Of a stretch of DNA of 64,000 nucleotides, positions 34,301 through 48,869 are shown piece after piece. The position numbers were made by a program, and so were the translations under genes. The stretch lies in NCBI RefSeq assembly GCF_009914755.1, contig NC_060931.1. One strand, given 5' to 3'. Position 1 is the stretch's first letter. Every line of letters begins with the position of its first letter. The DNA comes from the human T2T-CHM13v2.0 reference genome, Homo sapiens. The notes beneath the pieces were generated by a model, which was not told the DNA's origin, did not search any database, and saw nothing but the letters and a program-made list of their open reading frames with translations.

Positions 34301-36199
34301 CCTATTTTCCTTGTACCGTTAACATTAAAGGGAGAGAGGGGAACAGGCAGATGCCTTCCAGATGGCCTCTGACTTGGCTCGGGTTCCTAAAACAATAGGA
34401 ACTGTTTGAAATATTACTAAAAACCAATCTGGGGCCTAGCCCCACATCACAAATGAGCAATTTAGAACCAAGCATAGTTTTATAGATTGTATGACACTTT
34501 ACTGCCAGAATTTTTCAGAAACATAAATAGGAAGTCTATTTTATAGTCAAGTCATGAGTTTAATCATTTAGCCATGCATCGAACCTGCTGTACGGAGTGA
34601 AGTGTGAGGCATGCTCTGCCCTGGCCTCCTGAGCTGGTGTTGGACAGAACTAAGTCTAGGCCATGGTCCCTAATGCTTTTCCGTAAACACACCATCAGGA
34701 AACAAGCCTTGAGCATTTACTCCTTATGCATGAACACCTAGTTACTTATCAATTCTAAGCATTAACCATCAGACAGAAGAGAGGACGGGAATCAGCAGTG
34801 CTAATCATGAAGGTTCCGTTCCGTCTTTACTTGACGTCTCATGGCGCAATATGCACTTTGTGAATGGAAATCCATATTTTACTTGATTTTCTTGATACAA
34901 TCTAGTTTTTTGGAAAAATTCTTATGACATCTGGTTACAGATAATTGTTTCTTCTTGGCGACGTGGCTTCTACTAACGACACAAGTGTTCCTGCTGCCGT
35001 TTGTTGCCATCTGATTGTGCTGGTGTTGTGAGTGACTCAGATCTGTGCTTTCTTCCCAGAAATGCCGTCGTCTTCAGTTGTCCACTTTGTGAGAGTTAGT
35101 TTAGATAAAACGAAATACACAAATACATAAATCCACCTCTCCGGGCAAAGGTGAAACTGCATCCCATGCCTATGAGGGCATCCTGTCCACTTCTCTGACA
35201 ATGAGAATTTTCAGACCCTTCCTTGGGATAGCTTGCGTACAGAGTGTCACCTGGGGCCACCTGACCAACAGACTCAACCTGCATAATAAATAACATTGAA
35301 ACTTAGTTTCCTTCTTGGGCTTTCGGTGAGAAAACATAAGTTAAAATACTAGGTCTAATATTTCGTTTCTGCGCCCCAAATGGATGGATTGGGGAATGAG
35401 TTTTAGAAGAGGAGTGTAGCTGGTGGCTCCCAGCAAGACTTCACTCACCACAAAAAAGACCATCATTCTCTCCTCACCCCACAAGGCAAAACCGGATGGT
35501 TTCTATTGCCCACTCATGCCTCCTTCACCATATCCCCATCTCTTTCCATCCCAAGGTGTCCCCTTTTCCCCTGTGTGATTTATTTCAACCTGATTTCACT
35601 GTTGTTAAATCTTAGGAAATCTAATCTGTCTTAAATCTTAGGTTAAGCTATGATCATTTGCCCTCAAAGTTTGAACACATATGGGGGAAGCTCAATATGC
35701 CCGGTTTCCCAAAGCAGCAGTCACTGGTCTGAGTATCACTCAGGATACATATAGATTTCCAAGGCGTAGGCAGGCATGTAAAATTTCCAAAGAACCTATT
35801 TTCAGTCCTTTCATATTCACATTCTAAAACTGGATCTGAGGATGCCTGAGGTCAAATTTTGCAACTGCTCCTTTCTTTCCGAACGAGATGGAAGGCTCGT
35901 GTCTTACTCATCCTGAATCTTTAACATGGGCAATTATCTGAGGGTGTAAATGCCCAGGTGCCAACCAAAGGGAGAATTCTAAATATCAGGGGCAGAATTG
36001 AGAAAGTGAAAGACTCTGATAACTGAGAGATAAATGATTTTATAAATCAGGTGTTTTCAATCTTTTGCTGTCTACAAAACGAGGTGGGACCTACGTGTGT
36101 TGTCAGCTGACACTTCATTACAAATAACTTGATAATTACTAACTGTAACACAGTCCACTTGTTCTCAGGACGGAAGAGATTTCTAGCCCCTTTGCAGGT

Positions 36200-36494
36200 G
36201 CAGGGCCATGTCAGTGGAATAAAGTGTCACTTTCAGGCCATGTGTTTAAGAGCCAATGTGTTACCTTCATGCTCTCCCTCCCCTTTGGGGACAACCATGG
36301 CCAGGCCACATATTGAGCCACAAGATGGAAGCTGTCTGGATATTTGAATCAGTACAGGGGAAGAATAGCCTGGGAGGGCCACCCAAGCAGAATTGGACTC
36401 GTTATGAGTAAGAAACAAACCTTGGTATGATAAGCAGTGAGATTTCAGCATTTATTTGTTATTAGAACAAAGCACGTCTGTCCTAACTAATACA
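36200..36494 (+). mobile_element. MLT1 (H-K-like) LTR fragment
   Basis: 'gagccacaagatggaagc...tgagtaagaaacaaacctt...tttgttattag...cctaactaataca' MLT1 3' end. Confidence 0.65.
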
Positions 36495-36510
36495 TTACTA
36501 TATGACAACA

Positions 36511-36844
<334 letters not shown>

Positions 36845-37150
36845 TTAGAAGGAATTTAAAAAATTGAGAGATATTCTATAACAAAATTTCTTCCATTTTC
36901 ATCTGTTGCTTTATATGAACGAAATTTTATCTATGAAAAAGAAAAGATTAGAATTAAACTTTATTCCTCATGTCATTGAGAGATGCATTTCTAGTTTTTT
37001 AAAATATAAAACCTATTCATCAAAATTTGTAATACTTTAAAAAATTAATTGAATGTCAATAATAATTGTAACAATAACTCAATCCAAGAGAAGGTTTGTT
37101 TTGGTTTGGTTTGCCCCCGAGTCATATGGTTAAAAACATTTTTTTAAGAA

Positions 37151-37467
37151 TTTTTTGTTCTTTTTTTTTTTTTTTTTTTTTTTGACACAAGGACTCTGTC
37201 ACATGGACTGGAGTGCAGTAGTGAGATCATGGCTCACTGCAGCCTCTAACTTCTGGGCTCAAGCAGTCTTGCTGCCTCAGCCTTTTGAGTAGCTGGGACT
37301 ACAGGCATGAACCACCATACCTGGCTAATTTTTTAATTTCTTTTTTTTTGTAGAGACAGTCTGGCTATGTTACCCAGGCTGGTCTCAAACTTCTGGCCTC
37401 AAATAATCCTCCCACCTTGGCCTCCCAAACCACTGGGATTACAGGTGTGAGCTACTGAACCCCACCA
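37151..37467 (-). mobile_element. Alu (AluJ-like)
   Basis: poly(T), then 'gatcatggctcactgcagcctc...ctgggctcaagc'. Confidence 0.9.
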
Positions 37468-38825
37468 AGATTGAAGTTTATACGCATAGTTTTTTCAGAG
37501 GCTGTGATATGATTAATACAATTCTTTGAATCATGTGTTTTTTAAATGGGTGATGCTGTGTATCAAATGTTTAGACGTGCTTATCAAATATTTAGATTCC
37601 TTTGAATACATATAGATGCGCTGCGGTAGTTTTATTAAAATATACTGAAATAGTAAAACATTAAACTATACCAGAAATTATGTTCTTTTTAGTCCTTCAA
37701 ATTTATGATGAAAAAATGGTAGATGTCAGCTTAAAATGTAAGAAAGATACACAGTTTTACAAAATTGTTTTAGGTGATCTAGGAACAACAACTGTTTGAA
37801 GCTATATGCAGATGTGATTATAAATCACACATGAGAGTACTGTTGATGACCCTCTAAGGGCATACAGAGAGGAGAAGGCCCTAACATGTCTTGAGACCTG
37901 ACAGATATCGTCACGTATATTTTCCTTCTTAGATTCCACGACAGCCCTGTGAGTTAACAATCAACTCTGTTTCAAAGCTGAGGACACTGAGGCTCTAAGA
38001 GGTTAAATTATTGACCCAGATCACAAGAATAGTCAATGGGAAGTTTGAGGATTCAAGCCAAAGTTTATTTGTCCCCCTCCCAAAACCCTCGTTTCTCCAA
38101 TGAAAGCAGAACAACATATACCATGGAGGCTGGGTGTGCTCTTGAGGTCAAAACGTGTCCAAGAGAGAAGCCCAAGGAGAAGGCAAAACTTGGGAGGAGG
38201 CCATCCAGCAGGAAGGCTCTCTGCGAAGAGCTCTGTGTGTGCAGACCTCAGAGGAGCTTGGTTTTGTTTTAAAAAAGGAAGTCTTCTGTTCTGATATCAA
38301 AACCACTCCCGATCAACATTCATTCCAGAGAACAGCAGTGTGCTGTGGCTCAGCAGCTTTGAGGCTGGCACCCTTTTGCAACCCCAGTGAGGCACGTTTG
38401 GGCGGACAGCAAACACAGGTTTGGCTCAAGGGTGCAGTGGGAGATGCACTGGAGTCAGTGCTTACTAATGGAGCATCAGAACAATAAGTCACAATTTCTG
38501 ATAACAAAGTGGTTGTTTTGTTATCAGTAATGCATTAGACAGCACATAGGACATAAAGTAAGACATGATCTGTCCCAGTGGATTTATATGACTGATGTGC
38601 GTGATTACACTCCCTAATTCCCAGATATTGACATCGAACTGTTGTGGCAGATTTTGCACAGTGAGTAAACTTCACCCAGGGAGTAAGGCAAGCACTTGGA
38701 GAATTAATTCACCAAGCAGAACTGACCAGTTGGGTTCAGCAGACGGACGATGAGTATTCATTTACGTCTCCCAATTATGCTGCGATTATTGAAAGATACA
38801 AATTATTCAGTAGTGATTTGCCTAA

Positions 38826-39306
<481 letters not shown>

Positions 39307-40283
39307 TAACAATTTTTACCTTTGATTTTGGAACCTAATTTCTTAGACTTAGCCAGCAGCGAATGCCTGATTTCAGTTTATAGGGAATTGAAGATAATTT
39401 CATTGTGGAATCATATTATGTAAACATAACATTTCAGAGTATGTAATATATTGAGAGTGACCCAAGATTATAACTTATGCATTTTCTTTCTAGCTCTTAT
39501 CACTCTAGATGTATAGTCATTGAAGTACTTTGTCTACTCTCCTTGTCTCTGTAATTGATATGAAAGATAAGGAATTTTTGGAGGGCACAAACAAGGGGGA
39601 TGGAAAATTGAATTTTTCCTGCAGTCATTTTACAATCTCTGACATACATCCATTACACAGCTTGTCTGGAAAAATCCTAAGCAAAGTGATGGTTATTGGC
39701 CGAGATGAGACCACATAGAACAAGTTGCTAGTTGTAAATGTACTTTTCTTAGAAAAACTGTATTTACTCAGTAGTTGAATACAGCGATGATTCTGGTGAA
39801 TTTCCTGGGGTTCAGCTTTTAGTTACTTTCTAGACTAAATGGTTCTACTCGTACCTTCCCAGTATGATTTTTCCTTTTACGAATGAGTTCAGTATTCTGA
39901 AGCTGCTAATTAAGAAACACCTGTTTAATTTCCCTTCCTTCAGAATTCTTAAGGTTTTCAAAATCCAGATTGTGTGAGTTGCTAGGCTAAATTGTCTTTT
40001 CATATCTCCTCTTTCAGAAAAATGAAAATATATTATTTTCTGATTCAAAGGGAGCACCTAGAGTGGTACCAACCTCTTCAATCATAACATGGTATTTTTG
40101 CTGAGTGTAGGCCTGATATCCTATGGTTTAACTTCAGTTTCCAATTTTAAGGACAGAAAGATGTGATTTGGTTCAAAGCATAATGAAGGCTTATTGTAGT
40201 AATAGTAACAACAGCTGTTCATTGGATGTCTGCTGTATGCCCTGTATGTAAATATCGTATCTCATTAAAAAAAAAATTAATCA

Positions 40284-40580
40284 CCCGGGCATGTTGACTC
40301 ATGCCCAGTGCTTTGGGAGGCTGAGGCAGGAGCATTGCTCGAGCCCAGGAGTTCAAGACCAGTCTGGGCAACACAGGGAGACTCTGTCTTTAACAACAAA
40401 AACAAAAAAAACGTGCCAGGTGTGGTAGTGCATACCTGTGGCCCCAGCTGCTCAGAAGGGTGAGGTAGGAGGATCACTTGAGCCAGGGAGGTCAAGGCTG
40501 CAGTGAGCTGAGATCACACCACTGTACTCCAGCCTGGGCAACACAGCAAGACCCTGTCTCTTAAAATAATAATATAATAA
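40284..40580 (+). mobile_element. Alu (AluJ-like) inside a MIR
   Basis: 'gagcccaggagttcaagacc', 'gaggtcaaggctgcagtgag'; MIR-like flanks ('attatccccttttgcagatgagg'). Confidence 0.9.
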
Positions 40581-43500
40581 TCATAATAACCACCATTTAA
40601 TCATCGTTTTTAATAAACAAGAGGCCATAAGGTCAGTATTATCCCCTTTTTGCAGATGAGGTAACAAATCAAAGCAACAAGTTACTTTCACTAATCTTAT
40701 GCAGTTGATTACGTGGGTTAGTTTTGAACCCAGGTTTGTCTTTTCCCCAAAGAGACTTTCACCATTTTACTTATTGAGATGATTTATATCGCAGAACTGT
40801 TTTTGATTTTTAAAATCATGTTGTAATTTCTTAATCTGGCTGCTGCTGTAGTGAATGCAGCCTAACGATTGGTCACCTTTTGGTAGCAGTTCAACTCCAC
40901 CTTTACCACTTAGTCATAATGTTTTATTACTGTTCATTGTAAACGATGTTCTTTTGGCTCTTGTAGAAGGCAATTACAGCAGGTAATTAAAATTGTAGTT
41001 CTTTACAATGTGTTTGAGAATATTAAATCAAGCCCACAGAAAATCAGGTAAAGTATCTGTTAAAGTGAAAGGCCACTTAACAATGCTGAAGACCATTAGC
41101 AAATCCAGAGTGCTATATTCCCTGCTTTTCCAAGAACACTTCGTATCTGAGATGTAAAGAAATGGAATTTATATCAGAAATAATAGGAACCAGAAATTTA
41201 TCTGGAGATGTAGATTCTTTCTGTGTGTTCTAATTAGTGAGTTCTTCGCAATAGTCTCTCTCTCTGATTCTTTGTTATTTCAGGTAATTATTCTGCCTGC
41301 ACCCCTTTACCTTTTATGATCTTGAAGAATACCCTGTTTAGCACAAAATTAGTTCCTTCCAATCTAGTATACCTCTATGTTTGGCTGAGAGGGTCTTAGG
41401 AAAGTATAAGAAAGCCTGTGACCTCTGCTTGTCAGTGTAAACTGTTATTTTGCCCAGGAATAACTAGCAAGTGTAGCTTTTTGAGACGGATACCAAAGAT
41501 ATTATTTTATGTAGTTTTAGAGCATCATAAAAATGTGAGCTGGGAATTCCCTAGCTCACCTCAGTATTAGGCCTGCATGACCATCTGGGAAGTGTGAAGG
41601 CTATAACGGTTTTGTGGTTTTTCTAGGGAGGAAGATACAAATGTCAAAACTGGAAGTGCGGAACTCTAGAGAAGCTCTTAAAAGAATGAAGGCTTTTCCA
41701 TTTTAGTTCCTAAGTCGAACTTAAAGAGTAGGAGTCAGAGCTGACATAAGTCAGTAATGGCGAGCATCCGGCTGGCCCCGTGCGGTAGTTTGCTGTTTCA
41801 CTGATGATGTATTTTGTTGAGGTGTGTCCCATCTGACATTAACGGCCATGTCTGGTATTAAATGCCCTTCTCTTTCTCCAACAGGATGTCACTCTGTGGT
41901 TCTATTAATTCAGACAGGGTTGAATTTCACAAAGGCTTGCTTTCATTTGGGAAAGTTTTCAGCACAAGTGTACTCCAGAATTCAAACTTCTTCCTTTCTA
42001 ATCCTTAAAACATTGGGATGTAAAGAAATGGAATTTATATCAGATTTATATATATCAGAGACTTATATCCTCATTAGTCAGAATGATGTAGGAATAGAAA
42101 CCATATGCATAGGTTGCCCTTTGGTGATTGGTTCATTTCCGAAAGCTTAAGGAGTTTCATACTTCGTTAGCCTACTCAAGAAAACTTCACTTGTCTTGAA
42201 CTGAGAAAATGCCACATGCAAAAATGGTACCATCATATTTGAAAATGTATGAAGCGAATAGGCAGTATTCTGAGTCTTTTGTTTCTTTGTTCATTTTACT
42301 TACAGTGTTTGTAAAAACCATGACAGCATGTTCTTGATGAAAATCTAGGAAGCAGTTCTACTTGAACCCTAGCCTGGCATTAGATGACCTGGATCCTATT
42401 CACCTCTTCAGTTTGCACTTGAAGGATGGATATTAAGCCATGTTGCCCCCACTGGCCTCCATTTTGATTGGCTAGTGACCCTGCCATGTTACTACAGATT
42501 TTGAATATCATCTCAACCTGGAAGGATACTGAGGGATGCATATAAGAGTAAACTTATTATAGAGGGAAACAGCTGGCATACTGGCATCAGCCTACACCAT
42601 TTTCAATGTCTATGTAGAAGAACCAAGGGAAGGGTTGAAGTATGATTTTCTTTGGCTTTTAGAGTCTCTGTCTCACTTCTGTCCCTAAGTGTATGATTCT
42701 CCCCAACTCCCTGCCCTTTAAACACTCAGACTACAGTTCTGCTATTCCGCTCAGAAAACGCTGAGCGTCTGATACTTATCAGGCATTACGCTTGATGCCG
42801 AGGACACTTGGTGAATATGACATGTGGTTCCTGCCTTCCCTGAGCTCACTTTTGCCAGGAGAGGCTGGCGCACCAGGAAATGACAGGAACACAGTGTGTT
42901 AAATGCCACACGAAAGGGAGTTGTGTAGAAGAAGCTTCCGAAGCACAGGCAAGGGAACGATGAATTCTGCTTCCGATGCTGGAACAGCTTTGTTAGCAGA
43001 ACTCTGAAAATCTTTTCTTTCACGTATGGAGGGATGCACCAGCAGTGAGATGATTAGGAAAAGGGGGTTGGGGTAGAACAGCACTGTCTATGACCGGGAA
43101 CTGCCATAACCACCGTCCTTTCATTTGCTCCCTTGTTATAAATATCAGTGCCCCCCAGGAAGACTCTGCATTTAATACAACCCCATTCCAAGAGAATCCT
43201 TATTGATAATTGTTTTTCATCACCCACTAGAACGTAAGTTCCGCGAGGATAGGGATTTTTGCTTATTTCCGCAAGCCACGGGAAGAGTGCATGACGAGTA
43301 ATAAGGGCTCAGTAAATACTTGTCCAGTGAGTGCATGGAAGCCTGTGAAGTGAGGCCTTTTTACCCTCCCTTTCCTGGTCCCCTCTCCGTCCCTGGCATC
43401 TGAGGATGCTGCTCACCGGCTTGTTCTTCCTGTAGCTCCTTTTCTTTTGGTGTTTATTGCTCCTTTTGGCTCTCCTCGTCCCAAGATGTGAGGATTCTCC

Positions 43501-44176
43501 AGCCTTTAGTCCTTTGGTGCAATGTTTTCCTTTGTTTTTCTGCCTCTCCTTTTTCTCCTTGGAGATCGCACTCAAGACTCTTGAGACTTCACATATCACA
43601 GTTGATCAAATGTTATCTCTAGGCCTGAATAGCAGCCTGGGCATTCAATCTTTGGTAAGTATAAAGTAGGACAAGTGACTTGAAGGTCACTCTGACTCTA
43701 AAATTCTGATATCTTCTGATGTTTGAGCTTCTTTGTCTGACTTAGTAAGGTGCCCGAAGATAGAAGGCGTGTCCACATGCATTTCCTCAATTATCGACTC
43801 ATGTTTCTTCTGTTTTATGACTGCATTTGACCTGCTGGTTGCGGGCGTCCCTCTTTGTCTCAGTCTTACTCATCAAATTAATCATGCTGCTTCTGGATAC
43901 AGTGGCTAAACCTTGCCCTGTTGAACCTAATATCAGGGACAGTGTGCCGTGAGATGGGCTTTACTACGTTGCTGGACACTTTCACTTGGAAATTAAATTA
44001 ACCTGCCTCCGTATACTTTCTATCCCAAAGCTATTTTTTCTCCTAAGTTCCCTAGGAAGTCCTCTCACCCCCCTTCTATGTTTTCAGCTCTTACCTATCC
44101 TATCCTGAACTCTTAGCATAAGTCCCTGCTTCTGGAAGAATATTCATCTCTCTGTCCATCTGTGCATTCAGAAATG

Positions 44177-44341
44177 CATTCATTAATTCATTGACTCAAG
44201 ATGTATTTACTGAGTGTTCACTAAGCATTATAGGCATTGAGGATATCATGATTGAAGCAGACTGGTTTCTACTCTCAGAGCTTTTGTTGGTGGAATCAAA
44301 AGACAAACAAGCAATTTCAATATGGATTGGGATGTTCTAAG
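44177..44341 (+). repeat. Source copy A (L2 3'-end-like), duplicated at 44922-45086
   Basis: 165 bp with 7 mismatches to 44922-45086. Confidence 0.95.
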
Positions 44342-44886
44342 TCAGGGAATAGTAATTTTCCCACACATCCTGAGTTTCTGCCACTTACATTTTCAAACCT
44401 TTGCCTGTTTTAAAGACAGGATTGATAAAGACACAGTAAGGTCAAGACACACAAGATTGTAGGCTGAAGAAGTGCTTCCTTGGAAAGACTTCACAATAGC
44501 TCTTATTTATATGAGTATTGGTATAGGCTTATATAGAGAAAATATGGGAGATTTCTCAGAGATGGACTGTGTTATAAATAGAACAAATCAGTCAAATTAC
44601 AGCTTTCAAGCCACAGGCCTCATTAGTCTCATGAGCAGGGCCCTTTGTGGGCAAACTGAATGAGCCACGTGGAATAACACTCGTGTTCATGTTTTGCAAG
44701 CTCAACATGTCAAACTGTAGTGTTAAAATGAGTTGCTTTACAAATGAGCTATAAATATTAGTTCTGCATCTCCAAGCCATTCAATATGCAATTGTGAAAA
44801 CTGATATCCTTATAACTTATGTATAAGTCACATATATAACTTATACACATATACATAACTTCAATGTACGAGTGAGTAAAAAGTAC

Positions 44887-45677
44887 GGCATTAGTCAGTT
44901 TGAGTTGCTGTACAAGATACCCATTCATTAATTCATTGACTCAAGATGTATTTACTGAGTGTTCACTAAGCATCATAGGCATTGAGGATATCATGATTGA
45001 GGCAGACTGGTTTCTACTATCAGAGCTTTGGTTGGTGGAAACAAAAGACAAACAAGCACTTTCAATATGGTTTGGGATGTTCTAAGGGAACATGTAGAAG
45101 CAACAGGCTAAGATTCAGAAACATTTCTCTCCAAATGGGAAGTTTTCTAACACAAACACCCAACTTAAGAACAAAGAGGCAACCTCTCATCCAAAAACAT
45201 CTGCCCCTCACATTGCTTTCAATATGCAATACCTTAAAATTCCACAATGAGTATTTTCCCAAAACAAAGAATAGACCCTCCACAGGAAAACTCAAGTCTC
45301 TTCCTTAGGAGACTGGGTGACTTAAACAACAGATGTTCATTTTCTCAGTTCTGAAAACTGGAAGTCCAAGATGAAACCAGCTTTGCCAGCCAGGTTGGTG
45401 TCTCGTTGGGGCCTCCCTTCCTGGCTCTTAGAGAGCCACCTTTCCACTGATCCTCACGTGGCCTCTCTGGGCATTGGGGGTGCAGGAAGGGAGGCGAGCT
45501 TTAGAGAGCTCTGGTGTCTCTTCCGCTTCTTATAAGGACCCCTGTCCTCTTGTGTTAGAGACACCGCATGATCTCATTTAACCTGAGTCACTTCCTTAAG
45601 GGCCCTGTCTTCAAATACAGTCACAATACAGGTTAGGGCTTTAACATAGTAATTTTTTTACAGCTCAGTCCATAACG
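44887..45677 (-). mobile_element. MLT1A-like LTR interrupted by a ~390-bp locally templated insertion
   Basis: 'attagtcagtttgagttgctgtacaagatacc' | insert | 'agactgggtgacttaaacaacag...ggaagtccaagat...cttataaggac...atctcatttaacc...aaatacagtcac...cagtccataac'. Confidence 0.85.
44922..45312. repeat. Composite templated insertion: direct copy of 44177-44341 plus inverted copy of 45915-46141
   Basis: Manual alignment: about 96% identity (direct part) and about 95% (inverted part). Confidence 0.93.
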
Positions 45678-45914
45678 ACTTACACATTTCTTATTCCTAT
45701 TGCATTTTCTTTCCTAAAGTACAGTATTTCTCTAGATCAGAAGACCCGACTAGACATTTGTGGCCTGGATTTGCTCCTTGTGTTTTATTTAGCCCACACA
45801 ATACCTTAAAAATACATGAGCCAATATTTAACAGCTGGGAGAACATTTTCCAGCTTCTCTTAAAATATGTGGCCATGCTAGGACCCCTTTCCCCAGTTTA
45901 AACAGTCTGTGCAT

Positions 45915-46141
45915 TCTCCTAAGGAAGAGACTTGAGTTTTCCTGTGGAGGGCTCTATTCTTTGTTTTGGGAAAATACTCACTGTGGAATCTTAAGATATT
46001 GCATTTTGAAAGCAACTCTAGGGGCAGATGTTTTTGGATGAGAGGTTGCCTCTTCGTTCTTGAGGTAAGTTGGGTGTTTGTGTTAGAAAACTTCCCATTT
46101 GGAGAGAAATGTTTCTGAATCTTGGCCTGTTGCTTCTACAT
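45915..46141 (-). repeat. Source copy B, inverted repeat of 45092-45312
   Basis: Reverse complement aligns with about 10 substitutions and 2 indels. Confidence 0.95.
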
Positions 46142-46184
46142 TAGCTGGCTCTGGAAGCATTTGAGGTATGACCCATGATCCAAT

Positions 46185-46345
46185 AGGAGTTGCTGTGATG
46201 ATGGAAATGTTCTCTATTTTTACATGGAGCTATTGAATACTTGAAATGTTACTGTTGTGACTGAGGAAGTGAATTTATAATTTAATTTAAACTTTTTTAT
46301 TTTGGTAACCTCATGTGGCTGGATGCTACTGTATTGAGCAGGACA
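46185..46345. mobile_element. MER3-like hAT MITE
   Basis: 'gtgatgatggaaatgttct...gctattgaatacttgaaatgt...tgactgaggaagtgaattt...catgtggctgg'. Confidence 0.65.
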
Positions 46346-47859
46346 GTTTTATAAAAATGCATAGCATTTTGCATACAAAAGGGATTCCTAGTCAAACTGG
46401 CCACATGACCCATCATTGAGCTTTATTCGCTCCTGGAGTGATCTAACAGTGGTAAGAGCTTGTCCTGACCAGGAAGACTTGGACTCCCAGGTCCCCTTGA
46501 GAGCCCTTGCACATATGAGCAGGATACCTCCCTGTATTTTGTATACTGAAGATCCATGGTTGGGGAGCCCTGTGTGCTGGGAGACACTCCCTTAGCAAGT
46601 ATAGCCGCTTAGTCATTTGCCAGGCTGTTGCATTGCATGCATTCATGGTCTATAGTAGTCTGTATTAATGAGACCCCGAAGAGATGGTTGGTACATAGCC
46701 TGCATGGCTGTACACAGCAATCCGGATTAATTCATCAGTTATGCCCGGTGCCAGGCACGGAAGTTAGGGAAGTCAAGGGTGAGATGGTCATCTAGATGGG
46801 TGACTAAAGCGAAAGTACCTGAGCCACGGTTGAGAGAAGCACAGTTTGCTCTGGAAAACCCAGCATGGGGCACCCAGACACATCAGTGGGAATTGGAAGG
46901 TTTCCCCTGAGAGACGATGTTTAACTGAGACCTAAAGGTTGAGTAAGAGGCAGTCAGCTGAGGCATTGGGAAGAGGTCATCCTGGCAAAGGGGAGCACAA
47001 GGCTGGAGTCAGCAGGTGCCTCTCTGTTCACAGACTTGCAGCTCACCTGCTACTGTAGATAGAAACAAAGCCCTGCTTGGCAGAGGGTGCAAACAGAACT
47101 GTCTATGACCAGCCTCTGGAAGTTCAGGGTTCCACATAAACACTGATGGTCCGGTGTTGCCAGCCCCCGTCCCTGAACACAGCGATCTGAGGGAGCTGAT
47201 GGGATGCTGCTCTCAACTGGGGCATCACCTCATCCTGCTCAGGTCTCAGCAGTTCCAAGCTGTGTCCCTCACTAGGAGACCATGCAGTGGGTGTCGATCA
47301 AAATGTTTGCACTCTTGTCTTTCTTATAGTAGAGAAATCCTTTAATATAACCAAGTCTCTATCAAAAACAGGGAAATATAAGTTAGACAATGAAGGAGGA
47401 GAGTGTCTCTGACTGCCCCATCAAGTTATTGATGTTACCTATCTGCTCGGGCCCTGAAGGCATTCGTTTGGGCAGAGGCACGTCCTGTCTGCTCCCTACA
47501 AATAGATGGTGTTCATCTAGAGCAGGGATCTTCACGTCAGGCCTCAGTGACTCCAGGGGATATTCAGCAGTGGATGGTTCTCAGGGAATCCACATCCTCC
47601 ATTTCCATGTGTACTCTTTCCTGGGATGGATCCGCCTGAGAACACGCCTGGGGTCTTCCCTCTCAGCTGTCCTTTCACGCTTGCTTTTCTCCCTCCTTGC
47701 AAGGGAAAGGCATTCCTCCCAGCAAACCCTCCTCTTCCTTGTTGCATTGCTCTGGCCTGTAGAACCCTTTGCTTTCCAGACAGAGGAGAATTTCAAACAT
47801 TAGGGTCGGTATTGAGAAAGTGGATGGCTTTAATAAGTGGGTAAGAAATCCCCTTGCGA

Positions 47860-48500
47860 GCCAGAGAGCTTAGAATTCTTGGTTTTCAAGAGAATTGAAG
47901 GTGAACCCAATCAAGTTGTCAGCCAATAGATCATTAAAAATAATGTTTGATGATAAATCACTGAGTGACGATGGGCATAACAGAATGCTGTCGAGGAATT
48001 GGGTGAAATTGTTAAAACTGTTAAAACTCCTTCCTTCCCATCTGTTTATTTATGAAAATAAGTTTTCTCCATGCATACATTTATAAAAACAAAAAAATAG
48101 AAATAAAATTGATGCTGAACACTTTTTCAATTTACCTAGAAGTAATATCCATCCATGAATATATGAACTAATTAAAAAAAGAACATTCCCATTTATCTCA
48201 TTGAGATGTATTTCCAGTAAATTTTACTTTTCTTATTCAATAATTATTTGTCACAATGTATAATGATGTGTGATGGTTTGATTAATTGTGAATAGCAATT
48301 ATGATGGATAATCAAACCAGTTTTTTTAACATTTAGTTTTAGAGTCACAGGAAATTTTAAAAATTATTGTAATATCTGTCTTTTTGCTATAAAGAAGTGT
48401 AGTACAGTGATAAAGCTTTCAAGCTTAATATATATTACATCAAATAAAACTCTGAATTGAAGGAGAAGAAGGAATGATGTAAAATTTGCAGTTGTTAAAA
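47860..48500 (+). mobile_element. hAT-Charlie-like remnant
   Basis: 'tcattaaaaataatgtttgatgataaatcactg...aaaactccttcc...aataaaattgatgctgaac'; family assigned from memory. Confidence 0.45.
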
Positions 48501-48869
48501 AGGAGATTTTTAAATGGTCATTGGTAGGTATCAAATCAAAGTGGTCTCTGGGTCCCTCCGTATGATAGAAAAGAGTGACCTAAAATTTTACAGTACACTA
48601 GAAATTAAAACACTTAAATGTAAACTTAAAATATGTGAGAGGGACATCGTTTTTCAAAATTTTTATGGAGTACCTGGGCAAAAATATCTGAAGGCCATGT
48701 TCAGTGAAAGTGGTAATAAGAGGCATATGCGTAATTTTAAACCAAAAGTTGAAACAGAGTGGGAGGAGCGGAAGAGGAGGGGGAGAAGAGAACATGTTGG
48801 GCCAATATATTTAACAATAATCATCAAGAAATAGGAAAAGACAAAACAAAAATCTTTTAAATATCTAAC

